Source: Caulobacteraceae bacterium (GTDB lineage Bacteria; Pseudomonadota; Alphaproteobacteria; Caulobacterales; Caulobacteraceae). From it: a stretch of 64,000 nt of DNA. Both the position numbers and the translations under genes were made by a program. The stretch covers positions 34,817 to 98,816 of the forward strand of contig JAIBAU010000006.1 in the NCBI GenBank assembly GCA_019695035.1, written 5' to 3'. Of the stretch, positions 21,727 through 30,757 are shown in pieces. Numbering within the stretch: position 1 is the stretch's first letter; each line of letters opens with the position of its first letter. The notes under the pieces are model-generated. The model was not told where the DNA came from, did not search any database, and saw only the letters and a list, made by a program, of their open reading frames with translations.

Positions 21727-22581
21727 CTAAGCCATATCCGCCGGCATCGTCCCGGCGTTGATGGCGATGCGGCCCAGCAGGCCCTTGACGATCAGGTCCA
21801 GCGCCGAGCCTTCGGTGTAGTCGCCGGCAGCGACGAAATTGACCCGGTCTTCGCTGATGAGCCGGTGGATCTTGGTGTGGTCGTTGGGCTCGTTGCGCGG
21901 GTCGTAGACGGCGATCGAGAAGCCGCCCTTCGTGTGCATCATCTTCATGGTCGGCACGTCGGTGTCGCCGTCGCCCAGGAAGATCATCCGCTCGAAAGGG
22001 ATTGGCCGGTCGTCGTCGGGCATGAACCGGTTGATGGCCTGGTGCTCCCAGTTGTTGTGCACGCCCTTGTTGATGCGGAACAGGTACTGGGTCTTGGTGG
22101 TGTAATTGATGCCCACCGCCGGCCAGTCGGCCTCGCCGTCATCGCCGTAGACGAACGCCGAGGCGAACACGTGCTTGAACTGCGGGCAGATCGGGCAGCC
22201 TTCGATCATCTCCTTGATGCCCGATGAGATGATGTAGTGCTCGATCTCGAGATTGTACTGGCGGCCGAAAGCGTTGATGCGCTCGAACCAGTTTCCCTCG
22301 CCAACCAGGCCGTCGAACAGCAGCACGTCGCGGCCATGATCCATGAACGCCTGGCGCGTCACCGGCAGCCCGCGGTCGCGGGCGGTCTTCAGCATCAGCT
22401 GCATGTACATGAGGATGTCGTCGCCGTCGGCCTTCAGCGTCTCGGGCCGGACCGTGTCGTTCCAGAACTGGGTCGGCGTCATCCCGATGGCCGGGATGAA
22501 CGACGTCTCCTGCATGTTCCCCCGAGCGAGGGTGCCGTCGAAGTCGTAGATGAGGGCGGTCTTCAGGGGCTTGTTGGTCAT
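21727..22581 (-). CDS. HAD superfamily hydrolase-like protein (uncharacterised subfamily)
   Basis: 284 aa with HAD motif I IYDFDGTL and motif IV FLGDGDTDVP. The ATG overlaps the divL stop (ATGA at 22578-22581). Confidence 0.75.
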   Translation of the reverse strand: MTNKPLKTALIYDFDGTLARGNMQETSFIPAIGMTPTQFWNDTVRPETLKADGDDILMYMQLMLKTARDRGLPVTRQAFMDHGRDVLLFDGLVGEGNWFERINAFGRQYNLEIEHYIISSGIKEMIEGCPICPQFKHVFASAFVYGDDGEADWPAVGINYTTKTQYLFRINKGVHNNWEHQAINRFMPDDDRPIPFERMIFLGDGDTDVPTMKMMHTKGGFSIAVYDPRNEPNDHTKIHRLISEDRVNFVAAGDYTEGSALDLIVKGLLGRIAINAGTMPADMA

Positions 22582-24905
22582 GCCGTTGCTACGCCGGGTT
22601 GGAGGTCCAGTTCAGGAGCCGCCGCCCCTGTAGCCGCCCTCTCCGGCAGGTGCAAAGTAAAGGTGGCCCCCTGGCCGGGTTCGCTCTTCAGCTCCACCCA
22701 GCCTCCGTGCAGCTCGGTCAGGGCCTTGACCAGCGCCAGGCCCAGCCCCGGCCCCCCCCGGTCGCGCGCCACGAAACGATCAAAGACATTGGCCTGCTGG
22801 TGGTAGGGGATGCCGCGCCCCTGATCCGTCACCTCGATGCGGACCTCGCCCTGGCCGCGGGCCGCGGTCAGGGTGATGCGGCCATTCTCGGGCGTGGCCC
22901 GGGCGGCGTTCTCGATGAGGTGATCCAGGGCCTGGCTGAGGCGACGTTCGTCGGCGCGGATCATGCCGACCTCCGGCTCGCACTCGATGATGGCCGAGGC
23001 GTTCTTGGCCTTGAGCAGGAAGTGTCCGCGTTCGGCCGCCGCCTCCAGCACGTCGCAGATGCGCGTGTCGCCCAGCGTCAGGGCCATCTCTCCGGCGTCG
23101 ATCTGGGCCATGTCCAGCACGTCATCGATGGAGCGGGCCAGCTGGGTCGCGGCGGTGCGGACGGCCGCGACGTGGGTCTGGGCGCGATCGGGGATGCCCG
23201 GCGTGGCCTGCAGGAGTTCGGCGTAGCCGAGGATGGTGGTCAGGGGCGTGCGTAGCTCGTAGCTGACGTTGCCCACGAATTCGCGCTTGAGCGTCTCGGC
23301 CTCCGACAGGGCGGCCGAGCGCTGCACCAGAGCGCGCTCCAGTTCGCGGCGGGCGGTGACGTCGCCAAAGCCGATCAGGGTGGCCCCGTCGGGCAGCGGG
23401 CGCGACTGCCAGGAGAAGGTGCGGCCATCGGCGGTCCGCGCCTCTCCCGTCACGGCGATGCGCGACTGGGGATCAGGGTCGGTCACCCGACCTTTAAGCT
23501 CAGCCCACAGGTTGGTGTCGTGAAGGAGCGGCGTACAGAGCGCCGCCACGCCAGCGAAGTCGCCGGCGTCCTGCAGCTGCTGGGAGGTCGCGCCCCAAAG
23601 GCGCTCGAAGGCCTCGTTGTGAAGCCGCAGCCGGCCGTCCGAGGCGAACACCGCGATGGCGTCGTTGAGCTTGTCCAGCGTGGTCTGCTGAACCTGGATC
23701 AGGGCGTTGTACTGGGCCCGCAGACCCAGCTCGCCGGTGATGTCCGAGAACAGCAGGAGGATGCCTCCCATGGGGTGAGGCTGGCGAACCACCCTCAGAG
23801 TCCGGCCGTCGGGCAGGTTCCAGAGATCGTCGGGCGCCACCTCGGTCTGGCCGTAGAACTCGAGTTCGCGAGCCTTCCACTTTGCGTATTCGGCGGTTTC
23901 CGGCAGACGCCGGCGCTGCCGCAGCCGATCCAGCCATTCCGAATGGGTCGGGCGTTCGGCCAGCCAGGCCGGGTCGAGTCCCCACAGCTCCTCGAAGGCC
24001 TTGTTGTTGTAGGTCAGGCGCTTGTTGGGGCCGAAGATGGCCACCGCGTCCGCCAGGTGGTTCAGGGTTTCGTCGTGGGCTGTGACGTGGCGGGCCAGCT
24101 GCTCACGAGTCTCCTCGGATTCCGTCACGTCGATGGCGATGGCCCCCGCCTCATCGCCATCGCCAACCGGCTCGGCGGTGAGGCGATAGGCCCGGCGCTT
24201 GCCATCCACGGTGGCCCAGCGAAACGCCTCTCGCCGCCCGCCGGCCGCAATGGCCTCCGCCGCCACCGCCTCGGCGTTGCGATCGAAGGACAGGTCGCGG
24301 GCCAGGGCGTCCTCCAGCGACTCCGCCTCCGCCGCATCCAGCCAGGCCTTGTTGGCCCAGATGATCCGGCCGTCCCGGCCCGCCACCCAGGCCGGCGCGG
24401 GCAGGCGATCGGCCATCTCGGCGAAACGGCCGCCCGGGGCGACCTCGATCGCCGGCGTCAGGCGAATCCAGGCCACGGCCCCCGATGAGCGTCCGTCCAC
24501 CGTCACCGGGCCGCCTTCGGCCCGGGCGCTCAGCCGGAAGGGTTCGCCCTTCTCGATCAGCCCCTTCAGCTTGGCGGCATGCTCGGGGGCGAGGGCGGCA
24601 AGGGCCTGCAAAGCCGCGGCGGGATCCTCGGGCGGGGACTTCAGCGCGCGGGCGCAGGCGGCCAGCGCATCCTCACCGGCCAGCAGGCGGACCTCGTCAC
24701 CCTCGACGGCGATCAGCGCGCCTTCGAAGGCGGAAGCCGCCGCTTCGGCCTCGGAAAGGGTGGACTGCATATCCGCGAGCTGGACTTCGAGCTCCCGGGC
24801 GCGCGCCTGGGCGCGGGTCCGGAACCGCCAGGTCCAGACGAGGGTCGACAGGGCCAGGGCGATGGCGCCCGCCGAGGCGGCATAGGCCATGTCAGCTGGA
24901 GCCAT
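22578..24905 (-). CDS. divL: DivL-type sensor kinase-like protein (Tyr replaces the phospho-accepting His)
   Basis: 775 aa. It has an N-terminal TM helix, several PAS-like repeats, a DHp H-box reading NVSYELRTPL (Tyr549, codon 23259-23261) and an HATPase domain. Its size and Tyr position match my recollection of Caulobacter DivL (769 aa, Tyr550). Confidence 0.8.
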   Translation of the reverse strand: MAPADMAYAASAGAIALALSTLVWTWRFRTRAQARARELEVQLADMQSTLSEAEAAASAFEGALIAVEGDEVRLLAGEDALAACARALKSPPEDPAAALQALAALAPEHAAKLKGLIEKGEPFRLSARAEGGPVTVDGRSSGAVAWIRLTPAIEVAPGGRFAEMADRLPAPAWVAGRDGRIIWANKAWLDAAEAESLEDALARDLSFDRNAEAVAAEAIAAGGRREAFRWATVDGKRRAYRLTAEPVGDGDEAGAIAIDVTESEETREQLARHVTAHDETLNHLADAVAIFGPNKRLTYNNKAFEELWGLDPAWLAERPTHSEWLDRLRQRRRLPETAEYAKWKARELEFYGQTEVAPDDLWNLPDGRTLRVVRQPHPMGGILLLFSDITGELGLRAQYNALIQVQQTTLDKLNDAIAVFASDGRLRLHNEAFERLWGATSQQLQDAGDFAGVAALCTPLLHDTNLWAELKGRVTDPDPQSRIAVTGEARTADGRTFSWQSRPLPDGATLIGFGDVTARRELERALVQRSAALSEAETLKREFVGNVSYELRTPLTTILGYAELLQATPGIPDRAQTHVAAVRTAATQLARSIDDVLDMAQIDAGEMALTLGDTRICDVLEAAAERGHFLLKAKNASAIIECEPEVGMIRADERRLSQALDHLIENAARATPENGRITLTAARGQGEVRIEVTDQGRGIPYHQQANVFDRFVARDRGGPGLGLALVKALTELHGGWVELKSEPGQGATFTLHLPERAATGAAAPELDLQPGVATA

Positions 24906-24997
24906 GCGTCCGCGAGCCTGCGCTCGCCCTCCGTCCGAATCACAAATGAGGATAGCGTCAACAGAGCGCCTTGTCGGCGCTGCGCCCTCGGGCAGAT

Positions 24998-25588
24998 ATG
25001 AGGCCCATGACCGCAGTGCGCTACCCTATCGCCGCCAACGCCGAGGCCGCGCTCGTCGCACCCCTCGGCCGCGCGGCGCGCGAACGGGAGGCGCGCGAGC
25101 GGGCCGGCGAAGAGGTCATCTTCGTCACCGAACAGACCGGCCCCGGCTTTCCCACCGAAGCCGCCGCGGCCCAGGCCTGGCGGGGGCGGGTGGAAGATCC
25201 GGTCTCGGGCGTCGGGCCCGCCGCCGAGGACCGGTTCTGTGGGCTGCGCGAGGTGATGGCCGAGGGGGCGGGCCGGCCGCCCCGGCCGCAGAAGCCGTCG
25301 ATGCGGGCCGGAAGGCGGTGGCCGCAGCCCCGGAATGCTCCGGCGGTCGTCTGGCGCTTGGCCGTCAGCTACTGGCGGCTGGCGACGGCGCAGGAAATCC
25401 GGCTGGACCAGGCGCGTCAGGCGCGTCAGGCGCGGCGGGACCGGGCTGCGGCCTCTCTGACGCCGGATCGTCTCAAGCTGCTGGCGGATCACCCGCTCCG
25501 TCCGTTCAAGCCGCAGCAGCCGCTCGACATCGGCCTCTTCGAGGTCAGAGCACCGGAGAATCCCCTGGAAATCCTCCCTGACGAGTGA
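24998..25588 (+). CDS. hypothetical protein
   Basis: The frame of track ORF 24971..25588 has clear G/C3 bias, unlike the two overlapping ORFs. The start is uncertain (TTG 24971, ATG 24998 or ATG 25007). I recognise no motif. Confidence 0.5.
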   Translation: MRPMTAVRYPIAANAEAALVAPLGRAAREREARERAGEEVIFVTEQTGPGFPTEAAAAQAWRGRVEDPVSGVGPAAEDRFCGLREVMAEGAGRPPRPQKPSMRAGRRWPQPRNAPAVVWRLAVSYWRLATAQEIRLDQARQARQARRDRAAASLTPDRLKLLADHPLRPFKPQQPLDIGLFEVRAPENPLEILPDE

Positions 25589-25661
25589 GGCCCGCGGCAA
25601 GGCCGGGTGAAATCGGGCCCGGCCGGGTCGAAGCGGCTGAATTTCGTCCTATGTTCAGGGC

Positions 25662-26069
25662 ATGCATCTCTACCAGCGCCTTGCCGCGCCCGACATCGAC
25701 GCCTTCACCCAGCTGGCGCATGCGGCCTACCTGCGCCTGCCGCCCGAGTTCCGCCAGGCGGTCGGCAGCGTCGTCTTTCGGGTGCAGGACTTCGCCGACG
25801 AGGAGACTCTGGCCGAGATGGGGATAGAGGACCCGTTCGAGCTCTCAGGTCTGTACCACGGAGTCGATCTCTCGCGCCGGTCCGTACTCGATCCGGCCCC
25901 GGCCCAATCGGAGGTCTACCTCTACCGCCGACCGATCCTCGACGAGTGGGCCGAGCGTGGGGACGTCGAACTGGGTGCCCTGATCGAACATGTCCTCATC
26001 CATGAAATCGCCCACCACCTGGGCCTCTCCGATGACGATATCCATGCCATCGAGGACGCGCTCGACTAG
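25662..26069 (+). CDS. zincin-like metallopeptidase family protein (DUF1025-type)
   Basis: 135 aa with the C-terminal sequence HVLIHEIAHHLGLSDDDIHAIE, characteristic of this small zincin family. Confidence 0.8.
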   Translation: MHLYQRLAAPDIDAFTQLAHAAYLRLPPEFRQAVGSVVFRVQDFADEETLAEMGIEDPFELSGLYHGVDLSRRSVLDPAPAQSEVYLYRRPILDEWAERGDVELGALIEHVLIHEIAHHLGLSDDDIHAIEDALD

Positions 26070-26770
26070 GCCAGCAGCGTCTCCACCCAGGCCGGTACGG
26101 TCTCGGTGGCCGGCCCGTAGATCCCCCTGTCGAAGACGCGGGCGTTATTGGAGGGCTCCAGGTTGATCTCCAGCGTCGGGATAGAGCGCCGCCGGGCCTG
26201 CGCGACATAGCCCGCAGCGGGATAGACCGTTCCCGAAGTGCCGATGGCGACGAACAGGTCGGACTGTTCGAGCGCCTCCTGGATTCGGGCCAGGTGCATC
26301 GGGGTCTCGCCGAACCAGACCACGTCGGGGCGCAGGCCTCCGGCTTGCGCACAGCCTCCACAGGCGACAGCGTCCGAGAGCTCGCCGGTGAAACGCGCGA
26401 CATGGCCGCAGGCCGCGCAGCGGACCTTCAGGGCCTCTCCGTGCATGTGGATGACGTCGCGGTGGCCGGCCAGTTCGTGGAGCTCGTCGACATTCTGGGT
26501 GACCAGGGTCAGGGCGCCGCCCGGATGCCGCGCCGGCAGGTCCCGCTCGAGGCGCGACAGGGCCGCGTGCGCGGCGTTGGGGCGGGCGTCGCGATGCACC
26601 CTCCGGCGCATGTTGTAGAAGGCGTGAACCTTGGCGGGATCGCGCGCGAAGCCCTCGGGCGTGGCGACTTCCTTCAGATCGAACATCGACCAGACGCCGC
26701 CCGCGTCCCGGAAGGTTCCAAGTCCGCTCTCCGCGGAAACCCCCGCCCCGGTGAGCACGAAAACTCGCAT
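26066..26770 (-). CDS. cobB: NAD-dependent protein deacylase (Sir2 family)
   Basis: 234 aa with LTGAGVSAESGLGTFRD, QNVDELHE and a Cys4 zinc ribbon (CAACG...CGGC). Confidence 0.9.
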   Translation of the reverse strand: MRVFVLTGAGVSAESGLGTFRDAGGVWSMFDLKEVATPEGFARDPAKVHAFYNMRRRVHRDARPNAAHAALSRLERDLPARHPGGALTLVTQNVDELHELAGHRDVIHMHGEALKVRCAACGHVARFTGELSDAVACGGCAQAGGLRPDVVWFGETPMHLARIQEALEQSDLFVAIGTSGTVYPAAGYVAQARRRSIPTLEINLEPSNNARVFDRGIYGPATETVPAWVETLLA

Positions 26771-26832
26771 GCGCCTTCTGCCTTCTCCGTCCGCTCGCTA
26801 GTGTCGGTTGATCCTAACCCACGGAATCGCCC

Positions 26833-27342
26833 ATGCGCATCGGTCTCGCCATCGCCGCCGTCCTGTCGGTGCTCGCCAGCTCCGCGCTGGCGCTCGCCCC
26901 GGCCCCGAGGAAGCCCATCGCCTTCGACCGCATGATGGGGCGCTGGTACGAGGTCGCCCGCACCGCCAACGACCGGCAGGCGGGCTGCCACGGGGCCTAT
27001 TCCGACTGGGTGCGGACCGGGGCGGGCCGCGCCACGGTGACCAATCATTGCCACAAGGGCTCGCCAGGCGGGCCGGACAGCGTGTTCCGGTCCACGGCGC
27101 GGCTCGTGGACGCAGCCCGGGCCCAGATCTCCATGGGCTTCTTCCTGGGCGCGGTGAACCAGGAGTACTGGGTCCTCGATCACGCTGACGACTATTCCTG
27201 GTCGATCATGGCCACGCCGGGCGGCAACTACGTCTGGGTGTTCAGCCGCCAGAAATCACTGCCCGCTGCGCAGAGGGACGCGCTGGTCGCGCGAGTAAAG
27301 GCGTTCGGCTATCCGGTCAGTCGGCTCGAGGTCGGCGCCTAG
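26833..27342 (+). CDS. blc: bacterial lipocalin (Blc-like)
   Basis: 169 aa with a signal peptide, the GRWYEVAR lipocalin motif and YWVLD. Confidence 0.85.
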   Translation: MRIGLAIAAVLSVLASSALALAPAPRKPIAFDRMMGRWYEVARTANDRQAGCHGAYSDWVRTGAGRATVTNHCHKGSPGGPDSVFRSTARLVDAARAQISMGFFLGAVNQEYWVLDHADDYSWSIMATPGGNYVWVFSRQKSLPAAQRDALVARVKAFGYPVSRLEVGA

Positions 27343-27372
27343 GCCGGAGGCGGGCGGACATCTTGACGTTCC

Positions 27373-27387
27373 GAACATAACCGGAAC
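27373..27387 (+). promoter_or_regulatory. candidate LexA (SOS) box upstream of mmcB, GAAC-N7-GAAC
   Basis: GAACATAACCGGAAC lies 12 nt upstream of the mmcB ATG, with TTGACG at 27363-27368 just upstream. It matches the alphaproteobacterial direct-repeat SOS box. Confidence 0.55.
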
Positions 27388-27398
27388 AAGGTGACGCC

Positions 27399-27836
27399 AT
27401 GTCGGCCGCCGTCATCCTGACCTTTTCCCGCCCGGAGACTACCCTGACGGTGACGCGCGGCGTTGGCCGGCTGTTCCAGGCTTTGAATTTTGCGCCCCTG
27501 CTCGAGGTCGGCCTTCCGAACGGCCGCCGCGCCGATGTCATGGGCGTGGGCCCGAAAGGCGAGATCGCCATCGTCGAGGTGAAGAGCTCGATCGAGGACT
27601 ATCGCGTCGACCGCAAGTGGGGCGACTATCTGGAGTACTGCGACGCCTTCTATTTCGCGGTGGCGCCGGAGTTTCCGCGCGAGATCCTGGCCGAGGAGCC
27701 GGGCCTGATCGTCGCCGACGGATTTGGGGGCGCGGTGCTGCGGGAAGCTCCCCATACGCCGCTCAGCGGCCCGCGTCGCAAGGCGCTGACGCTGGCGTTC
27801 GCACGCTTGGCCGCGACCCGAGTCGGCGTGGGGTGA
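27399..27836 (+). CDS. mmcB: MmcB family DNA repair protein (PD-(D/E)xK nuclease fold)
   Basis: 145 aa with RADVMGVGPKGEIAIVEVKSSIEDY (D...E.K nuclease motif) and CDAFYFAV. Confidence 0.8.
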   Translation: MSAAVILTFSRPETTLTVTRGVGRLFQALNFAPLLEVGLPNGRRADVMGVGPKGEIAIVEVKSSIEDYRVDRKWGDYLEYCDAFYFAVAPEFPREILAEEPGLIVADGFGGAVLREAPHTPLSGPRRKALTLAFARLAATRVGVG

Positions 27837-27879
27837 TCGCTCCGCCCCTCTCGCCGAGACAACGGGTCTGGCGTGCGCC

Positions 27880-28449
27880 TCAGTCCTCTCCCTCGCGGGA
27901 GCGGCTCGAGCCTTCCCGTTGCTTCTGCTTCTCCCAGTAAGCCATGCCGTCCCGGGGCTTGAACATGGTGCGCGGCGCACCTTTCCGGTCCGCCACCACG
28001 AAGGTGTTGCCGGCCGGGTCATAAAACAGCTGGTCGCCGTTGCGGCGCTTGAGACTCAGCGTGCCGCGCGGCGGATGTTCAATGAAGGCATGGGCCATGC
28101 GCACGTAGTCCTCGGTGTTGCGCGCCCCGAAATCCCGACCATCCCGGCGGAAATGGTACTCGGCGTTCTGCCGCGCCGAATACTTGCGGTTCGACGTCCA
28201 CAGGCCTGCGTCGCCCCCCGAAGCGCGCTCTCCGCGCGCCTCGCGGCCGATGTCCCGGGCTTCCTCGCGCCCGCCGGAAAAGGCGTCGGATTGACGTGCG
28301 CCACCCTCCCAGCCGGCCTCCTCGAACCCGGCGTCTGCGGCGCCGCGGGGCCGCGTCTCGACCGCGGACGGTCCGTTGTCGCAGCTGGCGACGAAGGCGA
28401 GGGCGGCTACGGCGGCCGCGGTCAGGAATTTCGACTTCCACGAGTCCAT
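27880..28449 (-). CDS. hypothetical lipoprotein
   Basis: Starts at MDSWKSKFLTAAAVAALAFVASC (lipobox). A charged Gly/Arg/Glu-rich linker is followed by a C-terminal globular region of about 90 aa. Confidence 0.65.
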   Translation of the reverse strand: MDSWKSKFLTAAAVAALAFVASCDNGPSAVETRPRGAADAGFEEAGWEGGARQSDAFSGGREEARDIGREARGERASGGDAGLWTSNRKYSARQNAEYHFRRDGRDFGARNTEDYVRMAHAFIEHPPRGTLSLKRRNGDQLFYDPAGNTFVVADRKGAPRTMFKPRDGMAYWEKQKQREGSSRSREGED

Positions 28450-28568
28450 GAGCGTTTCCTCCAACCCACGGACGATACGACTAGCGCAACACCGATGTTC
28501 TTGCAATGTTCTAATTTCCCGAATCCCTCCCGACGCGCTAAACCCCTTGCGCACCTTGGGAGCCCGCC

Positions 28569-29807
28569 TTGTCGGACAAGCGTATCCTGCTGATCGTCGG
28601 CGGCGGCATCGCCGCCTACAAGGTTCTGGAGCTGACGCGCCTTCTCAGGAAGGGCGGCTTCGGCGTTCGCGCTATCCTGACGCGCGCCGGCGAACGGTTC
28701 GTGACCCCCATGTCGCTGACGGCCCTGACCGGGGAGCCGGTGCGCACCGACCTGTTCGACCTCGGCGCCGAGGCCGAGATGGGCCACATCGAGCTGTCCC
28801 GCTGGGCGGACCTGGTGGTGGTGGCGCCGGCGACGGCGGACCTGCTGGGCAAGGCCGCCGGAGGCCTGGCCGACGACCTCGCCTCGACCGCCCTGTTGGC
28901 CACCGACAAGACGGTGCTGGCCGCGCCGGCCATGAACGTCCGCATGTGGAGTCATCCCTCGGTGGTCCGCAACGTGAGGCAGCTGGAGGCCGATGGCTGG
29001 CGTTTCGTCGGCCCGGACGAGGGGGAGATGGCCTGCGGCGAGTTCGGGGCGGGACGGCTGTCTGAGCCCGAGGCCATCTACGACGCCATTCTCGACGCCC
29101 TGGGCCAGGGCCGCCCGGCTCCGCCCCCTGCGCGCCTGTCGGGCCCCGGCCCGCTGAAGGGCCGCCACGTGCTGGTCACCGCCGGCCCGACCTTCGAACC
29201 AATCGATCCGGTACGGGGCCTCACCAACCGCTCGAGCGGCAAGCAGGGGTACGCCATCGCCGGAGCCCTGGCCGAGCTCGGGGCGCGGGTCACCCTGGTT
29301 TCGGGACCCACGGCGCTGGAAACGCCGTGGGGCGTCGAGCGGATCGACGTGGAGACTGCGCTCGAGATGGAAGCCGCTTGCCGCAACGCCCTGCCTGCGG
29401 ACGCCGCCGTCATGGTCGCCGCTGTCGCCGACTGGCGGCCGGAGATCGCCGCCGATCTCAAGGTCAAGAAGACCGGCGGAGGCGCCACGGTGCGGCTGGT
29501 GGAGAATCCCGACATCCTCGCCGGCCTGTCCCGCAAGGGATCGACGCGGCCGCGGCTGGTGGTGGGTTTCGCCGCGGAAACCCATGACGTCGCGCGTTAC
29601 GCCGCGGAGAAGCTGATGGCCAAGGGCTGTGACTGGATCGTGGCCAACGACGTGGGCTTGGGCGGCGAAGGGGGACCCCAGGTTTTCGGGGCCGAGACCA
29701 ACCACGTCACCCTGGTGACCCGAAAAGGCGCCGAGGCCTGGGAGCCCGGCTCCAAGCGCGACATCGCCAGGAAGCTGGCCCAACGCATCGGCGAGGCCCT
29801 GAAGTGA
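28569..29807 (+). CDS. coaBC: bifunctional phosphopantothenoylcysteine decarboxylase / phosphopantothenate--cysteine ligase
   Basis: 412 aa with a TTG start. It contains [21 protein letters not shown] and NRSSGKQG. Confidence 0.95.
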   Translation: MSDKRILLIVGGGIAAYKVLELTRLLRKGGFGVRAILTRAGERFVTPMSLTALTGEPVRTDLFDLGAEAEMGHIELSRWADLVVVAPATADLLGKAAGGLADDLASTALLATDKTVLAAPAMNVRMWSHPSVVRNVRQLEADGWRFVGPDEGEMACGEFGAGRLSEPEAIYDAILDALGQGRPAPPPARLSGPGPLKGRHVLVTAGPTFEPIDPVRGLTNRSSGKQGYAIAGALAELGARVTLVSGPTALETPWGVERIDVETALEMEAACRNALPADAAVMVAAVADWRPEIAADLKVKKTGGGATVRLVENPDILAGLSRKGSTRPRLVVGFAAETHDVARYAAEKLMAKGCDWIVANDVGLGGEGGPQVFGAETNHVTLVTRKGAEAWEPGSKRDIARKLAQRIGEALK

Positions 29808-30265
29808 CGCAATTCCTGCCCATCCGCATCGTCCGCCTGCCGCACGCGGAAGGCATCGACCTCCCCGCCTACGGCACCGCGGGGGCCGCCGGCATGGACC
29901 TGAGGGCCGCCGTCCCGGCGGACCAGGACCTGGTCATCCAGCCCGGGGCGAGGGCCCTGGTGCCCACGGGGCTGACTGTCGCCGTACCGGTCGGATACGA
30001 GGCCCAGGTGCGACCGCGCTCCGGCCTCGCCCTAAAGCACGGCGTCACCTGCCTGAATTCGCCGGGCACAATCGACAGCGACTACCGCGGAGAGGTGGGC
30101 GTCATCCTCGCCAATCTGGGGCCCGAGCCGTTCACCATCCGGCGGGGCGATCGCATCGCGCAGATGGTGGTCGCAAGCTACGCCCAGGTCGCCTGGGAGG
30201 AGAGCGAGCGCCTGGACGAAACGGAACGCGGACAAGGCGGATTCGGCTCGACCGGCCGGGGTTGA
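29804..30265 (+). CDS. dut: dUTP diphosphatase
   Basis: 153 aa with [24 protein letters not shown] and GFGSTG. There is a GTGA overlap with coaBC. Confidence 0.95.
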   Translation: MTQFLPIRIVRLPHAEGIDLPAYGTAGAAGMDLRAAVPADQDLVIQPGARALVPTGLTVAVPVGYEAQVRPRSGLALKHGVTCLNSPGTIDSDYRGEVGVILANLGPEPFTIRRGDRIAQMVVASYAQVAWEESERLDETERGQGGFGSTGRG

Positions 30266-30379
30266 GCCTGAGGTGAAGGCTCGGGCCCGCAAGCTGGGCG
30301 GGAACCGTGCCGTGGATATCGGTGTTCCGTGGTAACCATACAGCCGAGCCCTCGGGGAGGGGGCAGGGGAGGAATACCA

Positions 30380-30721
30380 ATGGATCTGTTCAACTCGATC
30401 TTGGCGTTCGTGCAGGCCGGCTTCAACGACATGCGTACGAACGTGATGGCGGTAGTCATCGCCTTCATCGTCGCCTTCTTCGTGATGAAGAAATGGGGCC
30501 AGCTCATCTTGATGACGGTGGGCGCCACCGTGGTCCACCTGCTTCTGGTGGCCTTCGCCAAGCCGCTCATGGACGGCAAGGCGCCGGTGATCCCACCGTT
30601 GATGGACCCGGAATACTGGAAGGTCGCCGCGGGTCTCGCCGTCGGCTACCTGATCGCGCTCATCTTCCTGTTCTTCCTGAAGAACAACGTCTTCAAGATC
30701 GGTCAGGGCGGGGGCCACTAG
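30380..30721 (+). CDS. small integral membrane protein (3 predicted TM helices), function unknown
   Basis: Starts at MDLFNSILAFVQ, preceded by GGGGAGGA. The product is hydrophobic. Confidence 0.55.
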   Translation: MDLFNSILAFVQAGFNDMRTNVMAVVIAFIVAFFVMKKWGQLILMTVGATVVHLLLVAFAKPLMDGKAPVIPPLMDPEYWKVAAGLAVGYLIALIFLFFLKNNVFKIGQGGGH

Positions 30722-30757
30722 GGCTCGGCGGCGCGGGCGGCCGCGGCCGCCCGACGC

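Noticed and set aside
25409-25435. A 9-bp tandem repeat, CAGGCGCGT x3.
   Set aside because: It is an in-frame coding repeat (QARQARQAR) inside the hypothetical gene. It is too short and too isolated to be CRISPR- or VNTR-like.
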